Source: Pyrobaculum sp. (GTDB lineage Archaea; Thermoproteota; Thermoprotei; Thermoproteales; Thermoproteaceae). From it: a DNA stretch of 21,001 nucleotides. Every line of letters starts with the position of its first letter. The stretch's first letter is position 1. Location: assembly GCA_046293555.1 (NCBI GenBank), contig JBKBOT010000028.1, forward strand, positions 1-21,001. Reading direction: 5' to 3'. The position numbers and the translations under genes are program-made. Positions 8,485 to 17,591 of the stretch are shown here, piece by piece. A model generated the notes under the pieces. The model worked only from the letters and a program-made list of their open reading frames with translations. It was not told the origin of the DNA and did no database searches.

Positions 8485-9299
8485 ATGGAGGGGTATATAC
8501 TGTCGAAAGGGGGGTTTCGCTAGAGGTCTTGACCTGTAAGGCCAGGAGATATGTGGTGCTGATGGCTGGCTACGACCCTGGGATACACCTGGGCTCTTCA
8601 CTCTCGGTGCTTGAAGTCGTGGCGGCTCTCTACGGGAGCGGCAGGGTGAAATTCAACATGGCTAATGGGAGTAATAAGAACTACTTTGTCCTCTCTAAGG
8701 GACATGCCATACATGCAGTATACGCCCTGGCGGCAGCTTTGGGCTACTTGACGCCAGACGAGCTGAGGGAGACGGGCAGTTTGGGCAGCAGGCTGCAAAA
8801 CCACCCGGAGGTAGACACGCCTTTTGTAGATGTGGCAAACTCAGGCTCTTTAGGCCAGGGCGTCGCCATGGCGGTAGGATTAGCGCTTGGGTTGAGGCTA
8901 AGGGGGGAGGGGGGGAGGGTATACCTGGTGGTGGGCGACGGGGAGCTCGACGAGGGGCAGACGTGGGAGTCCTTCACTGTGGTTACTCACTACAGTCTTT
9001 CCAACTTGGTCACCATTGTGGATGTCAACGGCATGCAGTTAGATGGACGTGGCGAGGAGGTGCTCCGCAAGGGCGACCTGGCGGGTAGGTTTAAGGCGTT
9101 GGGGTTTGACGTCATTGAGGTAGATGGACACAACGTGGGGCAAATACTGGCGGCGTTAGAGAGGGCAGAGAAAAACACAAGGCCTACAGCCATACTGGCC
9201 TACACCACACGTGGGAGGGGGGTCCCCGCCGTTGAGAACACGGCCAGGCAGAGGATCTCTAGAGACGAGGCGTTGAGATACGTTGGCGATATATGTTAG
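8485..9299 (+). CDS. tkt: Transketolase N-terminal (ThDP-binding) subunit. The promoter-proximal ATG 8485 is out of frame; the long ORF reads from TTG 8529.
   Basis: HLGSSLS, SKGH, GSLGQG and GDGELDEGQ...DVNGMQLDG ThDP motifs. ATG 8485 stops at TAG 8521-8523 unless one base is added in a G-run. Confidence 0.85.
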
Positions 9300-10237
9300 A
9301 CATAGGGACTCTCACCCCACGGGAGGCGTTGGGAAGGGCGTTGGCAGATCTGGGGGATCTGCGGGGCGACGTGGTGGTTGTGGTGGCCGACACCGGGGAG
9401 ACCACCAGGGCTAGGCTATTTGCCGAGAGGCACCCACAGCGCTTCTTTAACGTGGGTATTGCGGAACAAGCCATGGTGGGCATCGCGGCTGGTTTGGCCC
9501 TAGCCGGCTTTATCCCATACGCCTTGACTTTTGCCGCATTTATGGCCAGGGCGTGGGAACAGGCGAGGAACTCTGTAGACAGGCTGGCCCTTCCGGTGAG
9601 ACTCGTGGGAACGCATGCGGGCTTTGCCGACGCCTACGACGGCCCGTCACACCAAATGTTGGAAGACTTAGCGCTATTTAGAGTTTTGCCTAACTTCACC
9701 GTGTTGGCCCCCGCCGACTCCTGTGAGGTATATAGGGCGGCCACCGCCTCCGCCCTGGTGAAAGGCCCTGTGTACATCAGGGTTGGGAGGGATTTCCACA
9801 TACCCGCCACCTGCCACCTATACGACAGGCTTGAGGTGGGGAGGGGCTACGTGGCCGTGGAGGGGACGGATGTGGCTATCTTCACCACGGGGGTGGTGCT
9901 GCCCTTCGCCATAGAGGCGGCACACATGTTGAAAGATAGGGGAATCTCGGCGGCTGTGGTGCACTTCCCCACAGTAAAGCCGCTAGACTACTCCACAGTT
10001 GAAAAATACGCCGCGGCCGCCGGGGCGGTCCTCACGGTGGAGGAACATATGGCACATGGCGGTTTTGGCTCCGCCGTGGCTGAATACCTAGTCCAGACCA
10101 GGCCCGTCAAGATGGCTATAGCCGGGCTGAAGTCCTACGGGAGGACCGCCAAAAGCCCCATGGAGCTCTATCAGTACTTCGGCCTGACGGCAGAAAACAT
10201 AGCGGCTAGGGCGGAGGAGTTGGCGAAGTTGAGATGA
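9293..10237 (+). CDS. tkt: Transketolase C-terminal (pyrimidine-binding) subunit
   Basis: [29 protein letters not shown] and VEEH...GGFG motifs. Confidence 0.93.
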   Translation: MLDIGTLTPREALGRALADLGDLRGDVVVVVADTGETTRARLFAERHPQRFFNVGIAEQAMVGIAAGLALAGFIPYALTFAAFMARAWEQARNSVDRLALPVRLVGTHAGFADAYDGPSHQMLEDLALFRVLPNFTVLAPADSCEVYRAATASALVKGPVYIRVGRDFHIPATCHLYDRLEVGRGYVAVEGTDVAIFTTGVVLPFAIEAAHMLKDRGISAAVVHFPTVKPLDYSTVEKYAAAAGAVLTVEEHMAHGGFGSAVAEYLVQTRPVKMAIAGLKSYGRTAKSPMELYQYFGLTAENIAARAEELAKLR

Positions 10238-11235
10238 GGTTTCTCTATAGACACAGCCGCGGCGTGACTGAAGTGGAGATAGGCAGAGGTCTTTCTTACG
10301 AGGCGGAAAACCCGGTGGTGGTGATAGAAGAGGGCCTAAAGCCCCCCATATCCGGCGTGCCGACACTTGTGTTAAAAGGGGGCGAGGAGGTAAAAAGCCT
10401 AGAGGCTTTGACTAAAGTATATCAGTTTCTTGCCGACGTTGGCGTGGACAGATCTGCCAACCTGGTGGCAGTGGGCGGCGGCGCCCTTTTAGACCTGGCG
10501 ACATTTGCCGCGGGGACGTACATGAGGGGGGTGGGTCTCGTCAACATCCCCACCACCCTGTTGGCCATGGTGGACGCGGCGCTTGGGGGGAAGGGGGCTG
10601 TGGACTGGGGGCCGGTAAAAAACCTTGTGGGGGTTTTCCACCAGCCTAAAGCCATATTTTGCGACTTGGCGTGGCTAGACACCCTGCCGGAGAGAGTATA
10701 TCGCTCTGCCTTAGCTGAAGTGGTGAAATACGGCATCTCTCTCGACGAGGGGTTTTACCGCTGGCTTTGGGAGAGGAAAGACGCCGTGTTGTCCAGAGGG
10801 GGGGAGGCAGTGGGGGAGATGGTATACCGCTCCTTAAAGCTCAAGGCGTGGGTGGTGGAGATAGACGAGTTCGAGGAGAGGGGCATACGGCAGGTGTTAA
10901 ACGTGGGCCACACCGTCGGCCACGCCATAGAGCGGGTGTTAGGCTTACTACACGGAGAGGCGGTAGCTGTAGGCATTGCGGCCGAGCTTTATCTCTCCAG
11001 AGATTTGGGCTACCTAAAAGAGTCTCAAGCGGAGGAAGTAATCAGCTTGTTGAAAGCCCTCGGCCTCCCCACCTCCGTAAGAGGGGGAGAGGAGGCGGCG
11101 GCTTTAATTAAATACGACAAGAAGAGGCGTGGGGGGTATATCTACATGCCAATTGTGGTGAGGCTGGGAAGGTGGGTTTTAGAGAGGGTGAGCCTGGAGG
11201 ATGTGGCGAGGGCTTTGAGGTATGTTTTGCATTAA
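10234..11235 (+). CDS. aroB: 3-dehydroquinate synthase
   Basis: [39 protein letters not shown] and DKK motifs; ATGA overlap with tkt. Confidence 0.95.
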   Translation: MRFLYRHSRGVTEVEIGRGLSYEAENPVVVIEEGLKPPISGVPTLVLKGGEEVKSLEALTKVYQFLADVGVDRSANLVAVGGGALLDLATFAAGTYMRGVGLVNIPTTLLAMVDAALGGKGAVDWGPVKNLVGVFHQPKAIFCDLAWLDTLPERVYRSALAEVVKYGISLDEGFYRWLWERKDAVLSRGGEAVGEMVYRSLKLKAWVVEIDEFEERGIRQVLNVGHTVGHAIERVLGLLHGEAVAVGIAAELYLSRDLGYLKESQAEEVISLLKALGLPTSVRGGEEAAALIKYDKKRRGGYIYMPIVVRLGRWVLERVSLEDVARALRYVLH

Positions 11236-12430
11236 GCGGGGGGCGTTTGGGGGCACCTTCAGGGCCCCCCCGTCGAAGCCCATATCTCAACGTTACCTCC
11301 TCGCCGCAGCTCTTGCAGAAGGGATTACCGCCATAAGGAACGTGGAGTGGAGTGATGACTTCATGGCGATGTTTAGAGCGGTCCAGCCGTTAGCTGAGCT
11401 GTCTGTAAGAGGCGACGTGGTGGAGGCCAGGCGTAGGGAGGCAGACCCCCGCAGGGCTTTTAACGTCATGGAGAGCGGCTTTACTCTCCGTACCGCCGTG
11501 GCGGTATATGCAGGCGTGCCGGGACTCACCGCGGTTTATTACGGCGGCACCCTGAGGGGGAGGCCCATAGGCGAGCTGGTTGAGGCGTTAAGAAAAGTGA
11601 CGTGGGTAGAGAGGCTGCCCGGCGCCGTGTTGATCCAAGGGAGGAGCTTAAAGAGGCTGGAGGCCGAGGTTAGGGCGGATATATCCTCACAATATGTCTC
11701 AGGCCTTATGTATCTAGCCACGTTGGCGGAAGGTGGGGGCGCCGTCAGGCCGGTGGGGGAGAGGAAGTCGTGGAGTTTTGTAGAAACGACGGCGGCGGTG
11801 TTGAGTAGGTTTGGCGCCAGGGTGAGGCTGGGGGACGTCATAGAGGTGGAGGGGCCTTTGAGAAGCCCCGGCGTGTTGGAAACGCCGGGTGATTACAGCC
11901 TGGCGTCCTTCTTACTGGTAGCCGGGGTGATTACCGGGGGCCAGGTGGAGGTGTTGGGAAAGGTGGGGGAGCTAGACGTGGAGGTGTTACACATATTGAG
12001 GGATATGGGCGCCGTGGTAAACATACGCGAAGACGCCGTCTCTGCCCGCGGCGTTTTTACAAAAGGCGTAAAGGTAGATCTGGGCCACAGCCCAGATCTG
12101 GTGATACCCGTAGCCCTGGCGGCGGCCTTTGTTGACGACTTGAGTGTAATAAGGGGGGTGGAACATCTGCGTTACAAGGAGAGCGACAGGGTGGACACAG
12201 TGCTAGACGTCTTGCGGAGGCTTGGAGTGGAGGCGGAGTATAGAGGGGGCTCTATACACATAAGGGGGCCCCCCACGAGGTCGGAGGTGACCTTCTCCAC
12301 ACATGGCGACCACAGGATCGGCCTCATGGCGATGACTGCGGCCAGGGCCGTGGGGGGCTGTGTGGACGACATAACGCCTGTAGCCAAGTCGTGGCCAACT
12401 TTTATAACCCACATCTCTGCCACTCTATGA
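11222..12430 (+). CDS. aroA: 3-phosphoshikimate 1-carboxyvinyltransferase (EPSP synthase)
   Basis: [33 protein letters not shown] and GDHRI motifs. Confidence 0.94.
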   Translation: MFCIKRGAFGGTFRAPPSKPISQRYLLAAALAEGITAIRNVEWSDDFMAMFRAVQPLAELSVRGDVVEARRREADPRRAFNVMESGFTLRTAVAVYAGVPGLTAVYYGGTLRGRPIGELVEALRKVTWVERLPGAVLIQGRSLKRLEAEVRADISSQYVSGLMYLATLAEGGGAVRPVGERKSWSFVETTAAVLSRFGARVRLGDVIEVEGPLRSPGVLETPGDYSLASFLLVAGVITGGQVEVLGKVGELDVEVLHILRDMGAVVNIREDAVSARGVFTKGVKVDLGHSPDLVIPVALAAAFVDDLSVIRGVEHLRYKESDRVDTVLDVLRRLGVEAEYRGGSIHIRGPPTRSEVTFSTHGDHRIGLMAMTAARAVGGCVDDITPVAKSWPTFITHISATL

Positions 12431-13362
12431 GAGTTGTGGTGACCGGCGGGGCGGGGTTTATAGGCAGCCATCTGGTAGACCGTCTGGTGGAGGAGGGACA
12501 CGAGGTGGTGGTAGTAGATAACCTCTCCAGCGGGAGGAGGGAGTTCGTAAATAAAGACGCCGAGCTTCACGTAAGGGACCTAAAGGATCCAAGCTGGGGC
12601 GTGGGGATACGGGGGGATGTGGTGTTTCACCTCGCCGCAAATCCAGAGGTGAGGGTCTCCACGGTGGAGCCGGCGGTCCACTTTAACGAAAACGTGGTGG
12701 CCACCTTTAACCTCCTGGAGTGGGCCAGGCAGACTGGGGTGGGGGCGGTGGTGTTTGCCTCCTCCTCCACCGTATATGGCGACGCCCAGGTTATACCCAC
12801 GCCAGAGGGGGAGCCCTACAGCCCCATCTCCATATACGGCGCGGCGAAGGCCTCTGGGGAGATACTCTGCTTCACCTACGCCAGGCTGTATGGCGTCCGC
12901 TGTCTTGCGGTCAGATACGCCAACGTGGTGGGGCCCCGCCTGAGGCACGGCGTGATATATGACTTCATAATGAAGCTAAAGAGGAACCCCCACGTCCTAG
13001 AGGTGTTGGGAGATGGCACACAGAAGAAGAGCTATCTCTACATAAGAGACGCCATAGACGCCACCCTGTCGGCGTGGCGGAGGTTTGAAGAGGGGGGAGA
13101 CCCCTACATGGCTCTCAACGTGGGCAACGTGGACTCCGTGGGGGTGTTAGACATAGCCCGCATTGTGTCTGAAGTGTTGGGACTACGTCCAGAGATCAAG
13201 CTCGCGCCCGCCACTAAAGACGGCAGGGGGTGGCCAGGCGACGTGAAGTACATGTCGCTTTCTGTCACAAAGCTGGCGAAACTAACCGGCTGGAGGCCTC
13301 TCTCGTCTAGCGCCGAGGCTGTGAGAAAAGCCGCGGAGGATCTCGCCAGAGAGCTGTGGTAG
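12427..13362 (+). CDS. galE: NAD-dependent nucleotide-sugar epimerase/dehydratase (UDP-glucose 4-epimerase-like)
   Basis: Start moved to ATG 12427 (ATGA overlap with aroA). [23 protein letters not shown] (YxxxK) and RYANVVGP motifs. Confidence 0.88.
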   Translation: MRVVVTGGAGFIGSHLVDRLVEEGHEVVVVDNLSSGRREFVNKDAELHVRDLKDPSWGVGIRGDVVFHLAANPEVRVSTVEPAVHFNENVVATFNLLEWARQTGVGAVVFASSSTVYGDAQVIPTPEGEPYSPISIYGAAKASGEILCFTYARLYGVRCLAVRYANVVGPRLRHGVIYDFIMKLKRNPHVLEVLGDGTQKKSYLYIRDAIDATLSAWRRFEEGGDPYMALNVGNVDSVGVLDIARIVSEVLGLRPEIKLAPATKDGRGWPGDVKYMSLSVTKLAKLTGWRPLSSSAEAVRKAAEDLARELW

Positions 13363-13430
13363 ACACCATACTGGCCGCCGTGTTGTTAGCCGCCGTGATT
13401 TTATATACCTTAAGGCGGCGAAATTGTTAA
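13356..13430 (+). CDS. Candidate 24-aa single-helix membrane peptide [24 protein letters not shown]
   Basis: GTG start overlaps the galE stop; about 16 hydrophobic residues followed by RRR; below the ORF-track size cutoff. Confidence 0.4.
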   Translation: MVDTILAAVLLAAVILYTLRRRNC

Positions 13431-14405
13431 CACCCTCCTGCCGAGGTGCGTGGACTTTGGGGTCTCCTCTAGCAACTGCGGCAGCTGGCTGAAGCCATAT
13501 GTGGTGTAGACAGGCCTCACGGCCCCCGTGGCCAGCAGCCGGAGGGCTTCCTCCAGGTCCTCCCTACCGCCCTGGATGACCGGCAGTAGTTCTATCTCCT
13601 TTAGTATCAACAGCCCTAGCGCCACGGCGGCGGGCTGGGGGTCTATATTCCCTATGAGGGCCACCCTGCCGCCCCAGTTCAGCGACCGAATTGTCTGCTC
13701 CAACGTGGGGCTGCCCACAGCCTCCACGGCGCCGTCTACACCGCCCAGTTTTTTCACCTCCTCGGAAAAGGCCCTCTCTGTGACCACATAGTCGGCAAAC
13801 TTGGCCACATTTTCCGCCTTGGCGGCACTAGTGACGGCGATGACCCTAGCCCCCATGGCTTTAGCCACCTGTACTGCATGTATCCCCACGCCCCCACCTG
13901 CGCCAGTTACTAAAACCTGCCGCGCTGGGCCAAGCTTCCTCACCCCCCTCACGACGGTGGAGAGGACACAGGCGGCGAATGAGGCTGCCTCAAGCGGCAC
14001 GGTGGGGGGCACTCTTGCCAGCGACTTGACGTCTGTAGATATATACTCGGCGAATGCCCCAGGGAGGTCTTCGCCATATACCCTCCTGTATTTACATAGA
14101 TACTCCCTGCCGGATCTACAGTATTCACACTGGCCGCAGTATTCATACATCATGCCGGCCACCCTGTCGCCAGGTTTAAACTCGACGACGCCCTCGCCCA
14201 CCTCCTCCACAACGCCGGCAAACTCGTGGCCGGGCACTATGGGCAGCCTGGCCTTGGGGAAGAAGCCCTGCCACATCAAAAAATCTCTATAACACACCCC
14301 AGCCGCCAGCACCCGCACCACAGCCCTGCCGGCGGAGGCCCTCGGCCTCTCTAGCTCTACAGGCCCTAGAGGCTCCCTAAATCCACGGAGTAGAAACGCC
14401 CGCAT
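13410..14405 (-). CDS. Zinc-dependent medium-chain dehydrogenase/reductase, acryloyl-CoA reductase-like
   Basis: CYRD, GHEFAG, CGQCEYC...C structural Zn site, TGAGGGVGIH and IGNIDP motifs. Confidence 0.88.
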   Translation of the reverse strand: MRAFLLRGFREPLGPVELERPRASAGRAVVRVLAAGVCYRDFLMWQGFFPKARLPIVPGHEFAGVVEEVGEGVVEFKPGDRVAGMMYEYCGQCEYCRSGREYLCKYRRVYGEDLPGAFAEYISTDVKSLARVPPTVPLEAASFAACVLSTVVRGVRKLGPARQVLVTGAGGGVGIHAVQVAKAMGARVIAVTSAAKAENVAKFADYVVTERAFSEEVKKLGGVDGAVEAVGSPTLEQTIRSLNWGGRVALIGNIDPQPAAVALGLLILKEIELLPVIQGGREDLEEALRLLATGAVRPVYTTYGFSQLPQLLEETPKSTHLGRRVLTISPP

Positions 14406-14422
14406 GTAACAAAGTCGCCCAG

Positions 14423-14430
14423 TATATAAA
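14423..14430. promoter_or_regulatory. TATA box of the ADH gene (possibly bidirectional)
   Basis: TATATAAA / TTTATATA, 18-25 nt upstream of ATG 14405 on the minus strand. Confidence 0.55.
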
Positions 14431-14455
14431 TGATGTCTGGCGGCTCAGGCCGGGC

Positions 14456-14543
14456 GACGTATGTGGGGCTGTCGGCAAGGCGGCCTGCATGGGGTTGCCG
14501 CCGGCGTGGCACGTGCCGCAAGTGCGCGCTGTGGGCGTCTTTT
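14456..14543 (+). ncRNA. Candidate small structured RNA
   Basis: About 75% GC intergenic island starting about 26 nt after a TATA box. Ends can pair (GACGU/GCGUC), there is an inner GGCGGC/GCCGCC stem, and a T-tract follows. Confidence 0.25.
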
Positions 14544-15651
14544 ATATCTCCTCTACCGCTCTTACCCCTATCCCCAGTAGTCTCTTGGCTATTCTGTCTA
14601 TTAGGCGGATGTAGGCGCCTCTAGGCCCTATGAAGGTGCCGAATTCCTCCTTTTTGACTTGTATCGCCAGCTCAGATCCCGCAAAGTCTGCGTCTGTTAT
14701 ATGTTTGGCGATCCAGCCTACTGGATGTATTGCTCTTATCCACTGCCTAAAGTCTAGCGTCATTTCTAACAGCCTGAGGCGGGCCCCCACCTCTCTTTCT
14801 ATGGTTTTTATCCTCTCGCCGCCTCGCCCCACCACACGCCCCAGCTGGCCTTCCTTGACTATAACTATGGCGTCTGGCACCCCCTCGCCCTTTATGCCCA
14901 ACGCCTCTTTGTCCGTCTTAAACTCCACGGCTGTGATTATATCTGCATCTGGGGCGAAGATCCTCGCGGTTTCGTAAATATGGCGCTCCTCCTCTGAAAG
15001 CTGTCTTTTTCTCATACGTAGCTCTAACGCCAGCTTTATCCCCCTCCTGGCGCCTGGCCTCACCACGTCTTTAATGCCCAGATCTACCACCTCTGCCTTC
15101 TCCTCGCCGAGGAGGGCCTCTCTTAACAAGGTGGCGCCGTCTCTTTCGCCCTCATGTCTCTGGAAGATGGGGTCCCCAGCCACAATTAGCCTACTTCCCC
15201 TCCCCAGCCTGATTAGGATCTCCGCGGCGCTTTCCGGCTTTACGTTTTGTGCGTCGTCTAGAAATATCACACAGTCGTCAAAAGTCCTCCCCCTTATGTA
15301 GGAGACGTCTGTCACCACCACCTTCTCCTCTCTAAGTAGCCTCTCGACGTGTTGCCTGTCGGCATATGGGCCCAATATGTCCTCTAGATATGTGGCGGCT
15401 ATCTTGTAGTACATCTCGCCAAGCCTCTCTGGGGTTAACACCTCCCCGGTGGCCACGTCCACAATCGGCCTGGCTATAATCAGCCGCCTGGCCCTGCCGC
15501 CCTCCACTGCCGAGATCCCGTAGGCTATGCTTATTAACGACTTGCCGGTCCCCGTGGGGCCGAAGAGGCCTACCAGCTCGTTGTCTTGATCTTTCAACAC
15601 GTTGACCGCCCTCTCCTGCCCCACGGTCATGGGCTTTACCCTATCTAACAC
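14542..15651 (-). CDS. PhoH-family ATPase with two C-terminal KH-like RNA-binding motifs
   Basis: Start moved to GTG 15651 (MLDRVKPMTVGQ). GPTGTGKS, RGRTF, FLDDAQN and AGDPIFQ motifs; GxxG loops VVGRGGERIK and FIGPRGAYIR. Confidence 0.88.
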   Translation of the reverse strand: MLDRVKPMTVGQERAVNVLKDQDNELVGLFGPTGTGKSLISIAYGISAVEGGRARRLIIARPIVDVATGEVLTPERLGEMYYKIAATYLEDILGPYADRQHVERLLREEKVVVTDVSYIRGRTFDDCVIFLDDAQNVKPESAAEILIRLGRGSRLIVAGDPIFQRHEGERDGATLLREALLGEEKAEVVDLGIKDVVRPGARRGIKLALELRMRKRQLSEEERHIYETARIFAPDADIITAVEFKTDKEALGIKGEGVPDAIVIVKEGQLGRVVGRGGERIKTIEREVGARLRLLEMTLDFRQWIRAIHPVGWIAKHITDADFAGSELAIQVKKEEFGTFIGPRGAYIRLIDRIAKRLLGIGVRAVEEI

Positions 15652-15665
15652 AGGCAGAAAAGAGC

Positions 15666-15681
15666 TTAAATATATATACAT
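15666..15681. promoter_or_regulatory. Bidirectional TATA region between PhoH-KH and Nudix
   Basis: TTAAATATATATACAT inside a 40-bp spacer between GTG 15651 (-) and GTG 15692 (+). Confidence 0.6.
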
Positions 15682-15691
15682 ACCACGTCCG

Positions 15692-16099
15692 GTGGATAGG
15701 CCGGCTGTGGCGGTGGCGGCCGTGGCCGCTAGGGGGAGAGAGGTGTTATTAGTAAGGCGGAAGTACCCCCCAAACGCCGGGAAGTGGAGCCTTCCTGGCG
15801 GATATCTAGAGCTGGGGGAGGGCCTCGTCGAGGGGGTTCTGAGAGAGGTCAGAGAGGAGACAGGCGTCACTGGCGTAGTCAAGAGGTTTATAGCCCCCGT
15901 GGAGTACATAGAGAGGGAGGGCGACAGGGTGAAATACCACTTCGTGATTTTGGTTTACCTAATGGAGATAGACGGCGACGCGAGGCCGCAAGCCTCTGAC
16001 GACGCGGAGGAAGTAACGCTAGTGCCTATAGAAGAGGCGTTAAAAATGGATTTAACAAAAACGGCAAGAGAGGTGTTGGAGCTAGTGTTTAACTCATAG
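15692..16099 (+). CDS. Nudix hydrolase (ADP-ribose pyrophosphatase-like)
   Basis: Start moved to GTG 15692; Nudix box GGYLELGEGLVEGVLREVREETG; ASDDA motif. Confidence 0.9.
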   Translation: MDRPAVAVAAVAARGREVLLVRRKYPPNAGKWSLPGGYLELGEGLVEGVLREVREETGVTGVVKRFIAPVEYIEREGDRVKYHFVILVYLMEIDGDARPQASDDAEEVTLVPIEEALKMDLTKTAREVLELVFNS

Positions 16100-16765
16100 G
16101 CCTCCTCCACCGCCCTCCCCACCACTGCCTCTACTGGAGATATCTCCAGGAGGGCCTTTATGGCTATACCCCACGGCGTGGCTTAAACAACTAGGACAAA
16201 CGCCGAGTTCAAGAGCCATTAGGGAGAGGACAATTTCTCTCGCCAGATCCCAGGGGATGCCTATGTTTACCCCAGCCCTGATTAAAGCCATGGCCAGCTG
16301 GGCCACAATGGCGGGCCCTGCCCCCAGCAAGACGGTGAGGGGGTCTATAAGCCGCTCTTCAACCCAAAAGACTGGGGCTATATGTGACAAAACTCTTTCT
16401 ACCTCTCCGTCGTACTCCCCGGCGAGGGCTACCGCCGTGAGGCCCAGATTTGTCATAGCTCTATACGGCCTTGGGGAGAGCCGCCTGAGCTCTCTCGCCG
16501 TAATTCCAGCCACAAAGGAGGCCAGCGGCTTGTCTGTATGGAAGTCTAGCTGTGGGAAGTCCGCAGGTTTTACCGCCAAGATAGCTCGCTGGTCTCCACC
16601 ACCGGCCTGTTGTCTACATAGGCCTCTAGCCCCAGGGAGAGAAGTCTTTCCCTAGATCTCTCCGTCTTGACTGAAGCCTTTACCCCAATGCCGTTGTGCC
16701 TTAGCGCAATTAAGCTACCTAACTTGCCGGCGCCCACTACGCCTACTGTGAGCTGGGGGATGCAT
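16094..16765 (-). pseudogene. proC: Pyrroline-5-carboxylate reductase pseudogene (at least 3 frameshifts)
   Basis: Pieces lie in different frames: ATG 16765; then TVGVVGAGKLG...VETSEL (stop 16572-16570); then LAVKP...SFVAG...RAMTN...LLGAGPA; then ATPWGIAIKAL (decayed TPGGTT) after TAA 16185-16183. Confidence 0.85.
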
Positions 16766-16802
16766 GGAGGGAATTTTTTAATTGTTAAAAAACCTTTCTG
16801 GT

Positions 16803-17591
16803 GTGTATTTCGCCGTTATTGGCACAAACGTGAGGGGAAAGTCGGCGAGCCCCGCCATGCACAAAGCCTCTTTCAGCAGGCTGGGGGTAGAGGCGGAGTA
16901 CTGGGCTATAAACGTCCCCCGGGAGGAGTTGGGGTGTTTTATACAGCTGGCTAGGCTAAACCTAAAGGGCTTCAACATAACCATCCCACATAAGGAGGCC
17001 GTCTTGAAGTTTCTCGACGTGGTGTCTTCAGAGGCCCGCGCCGTGGGTGCCGTAAATACCGTAAATGTGGAGAGAAACCTCCTCTTTGGTTACAACACAG
17101 ACGCCACCGCCCTGTATCTCCTCGCGGGGCCCCACATGAGGGGCGCGGAGGTTTTAGTCATAGGCGCAGGCGGCGCCGCCAGGGCTGCCCTATTTGCGGC
17201 AATTAAGGCAGAGGCGTCGAGGATACTTGTGATGAACAGGACGCCGGAGAGGGCGAGGGCCCTCGTGGAGGAGTTTAGAGAGAAGTTCGGCAGAGAGGTC
17301 GCCGCGGCGAGATGGGGCGCCCCAGTTAAGGCGCAGGTGGCGATAAACGCCACGCCTATTTACGACGAGTCTGTAGTAGACGTGAGGGGGGTCTCCCTAT
17401 ATGTCGACTTTGTCTACACGCCGACGCCTTACACCAAGATGTTGCGCGAGGCCAGGGAGGCGGGGGCAAGGGTGGTAGACGGCGTGGAGCTTTTAGTGGA
17501 ACAAGGGGCTCAGGCGGAGAAGATCTGGCTGGGGGTCGAGCCAGATCGCGCCGCCATGAGGGAGGCGGTCTTAAGGTTTTTGAGGCTATGA
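16803..17591 (+). CDS. aroE: Shikimate dehydrogenase
   Basis: Start moved to GTG 16803, about 25 nt after TTTTTAAT. SASP, NITIPHK, GAVNT, NTD, GAGGAAR, NATP and [10 protein letters not shown] motifs. Confidence 0.93.
   Translation: MYFAVIGTNVRGKSASPAMHKASFSRLGVEAEYWAINVPREELGCFIQLARLNLKGFNITIPHKEAVLKFLDVVSSEARAVGAVNTVNVERNLLFGYNTDATALYLLAGPHMRGAEVLVIGAGGAARAALFAAIKAEASRILVMNRTPERARALVEEFREKFGREVAAARWGAPVKAQVAINATPIYDESVVDVRGVSLYVDFVYTPTPYTKMLREAREAGARVVDGVELLVEQGAQAEKIWLGVEPDRAAMREAVLRFLRL

Noticed and set aside
8465-8539. 24-aa ORF MSFSPHSWRGIYCRKGGFARGLDL containing Phe, Trp and Tyr, resembling an attenuator leader
   Set aside because: Its ATG overlaps the edge of the TATA box, upstream of the expected transcription start, so it is unlikely to be in the mRNA.
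11352-11397. GTGATGA ... CTGA resembling C and D boxes of a C/D sRNA
   Set aside because: It lies inside aroA, is short, and has no recognisable D'/C' pair; likely chance.
14430-14624. 64-aa Cys/Arg-rich ORF
   Set aside because: It starts at the edge of the TATA box, overlaps PhoH antisense, and its composition reflects GC richness.
15652-15909. N-terminal extension of the PhoH ORF (455 aa) and upstream extension of the Nudix ORF from 15602
   Set aside because: The extensions overlap the opposite gene antisense and run through the shared TATA tract; the true starts are probably 15651 and 15692.
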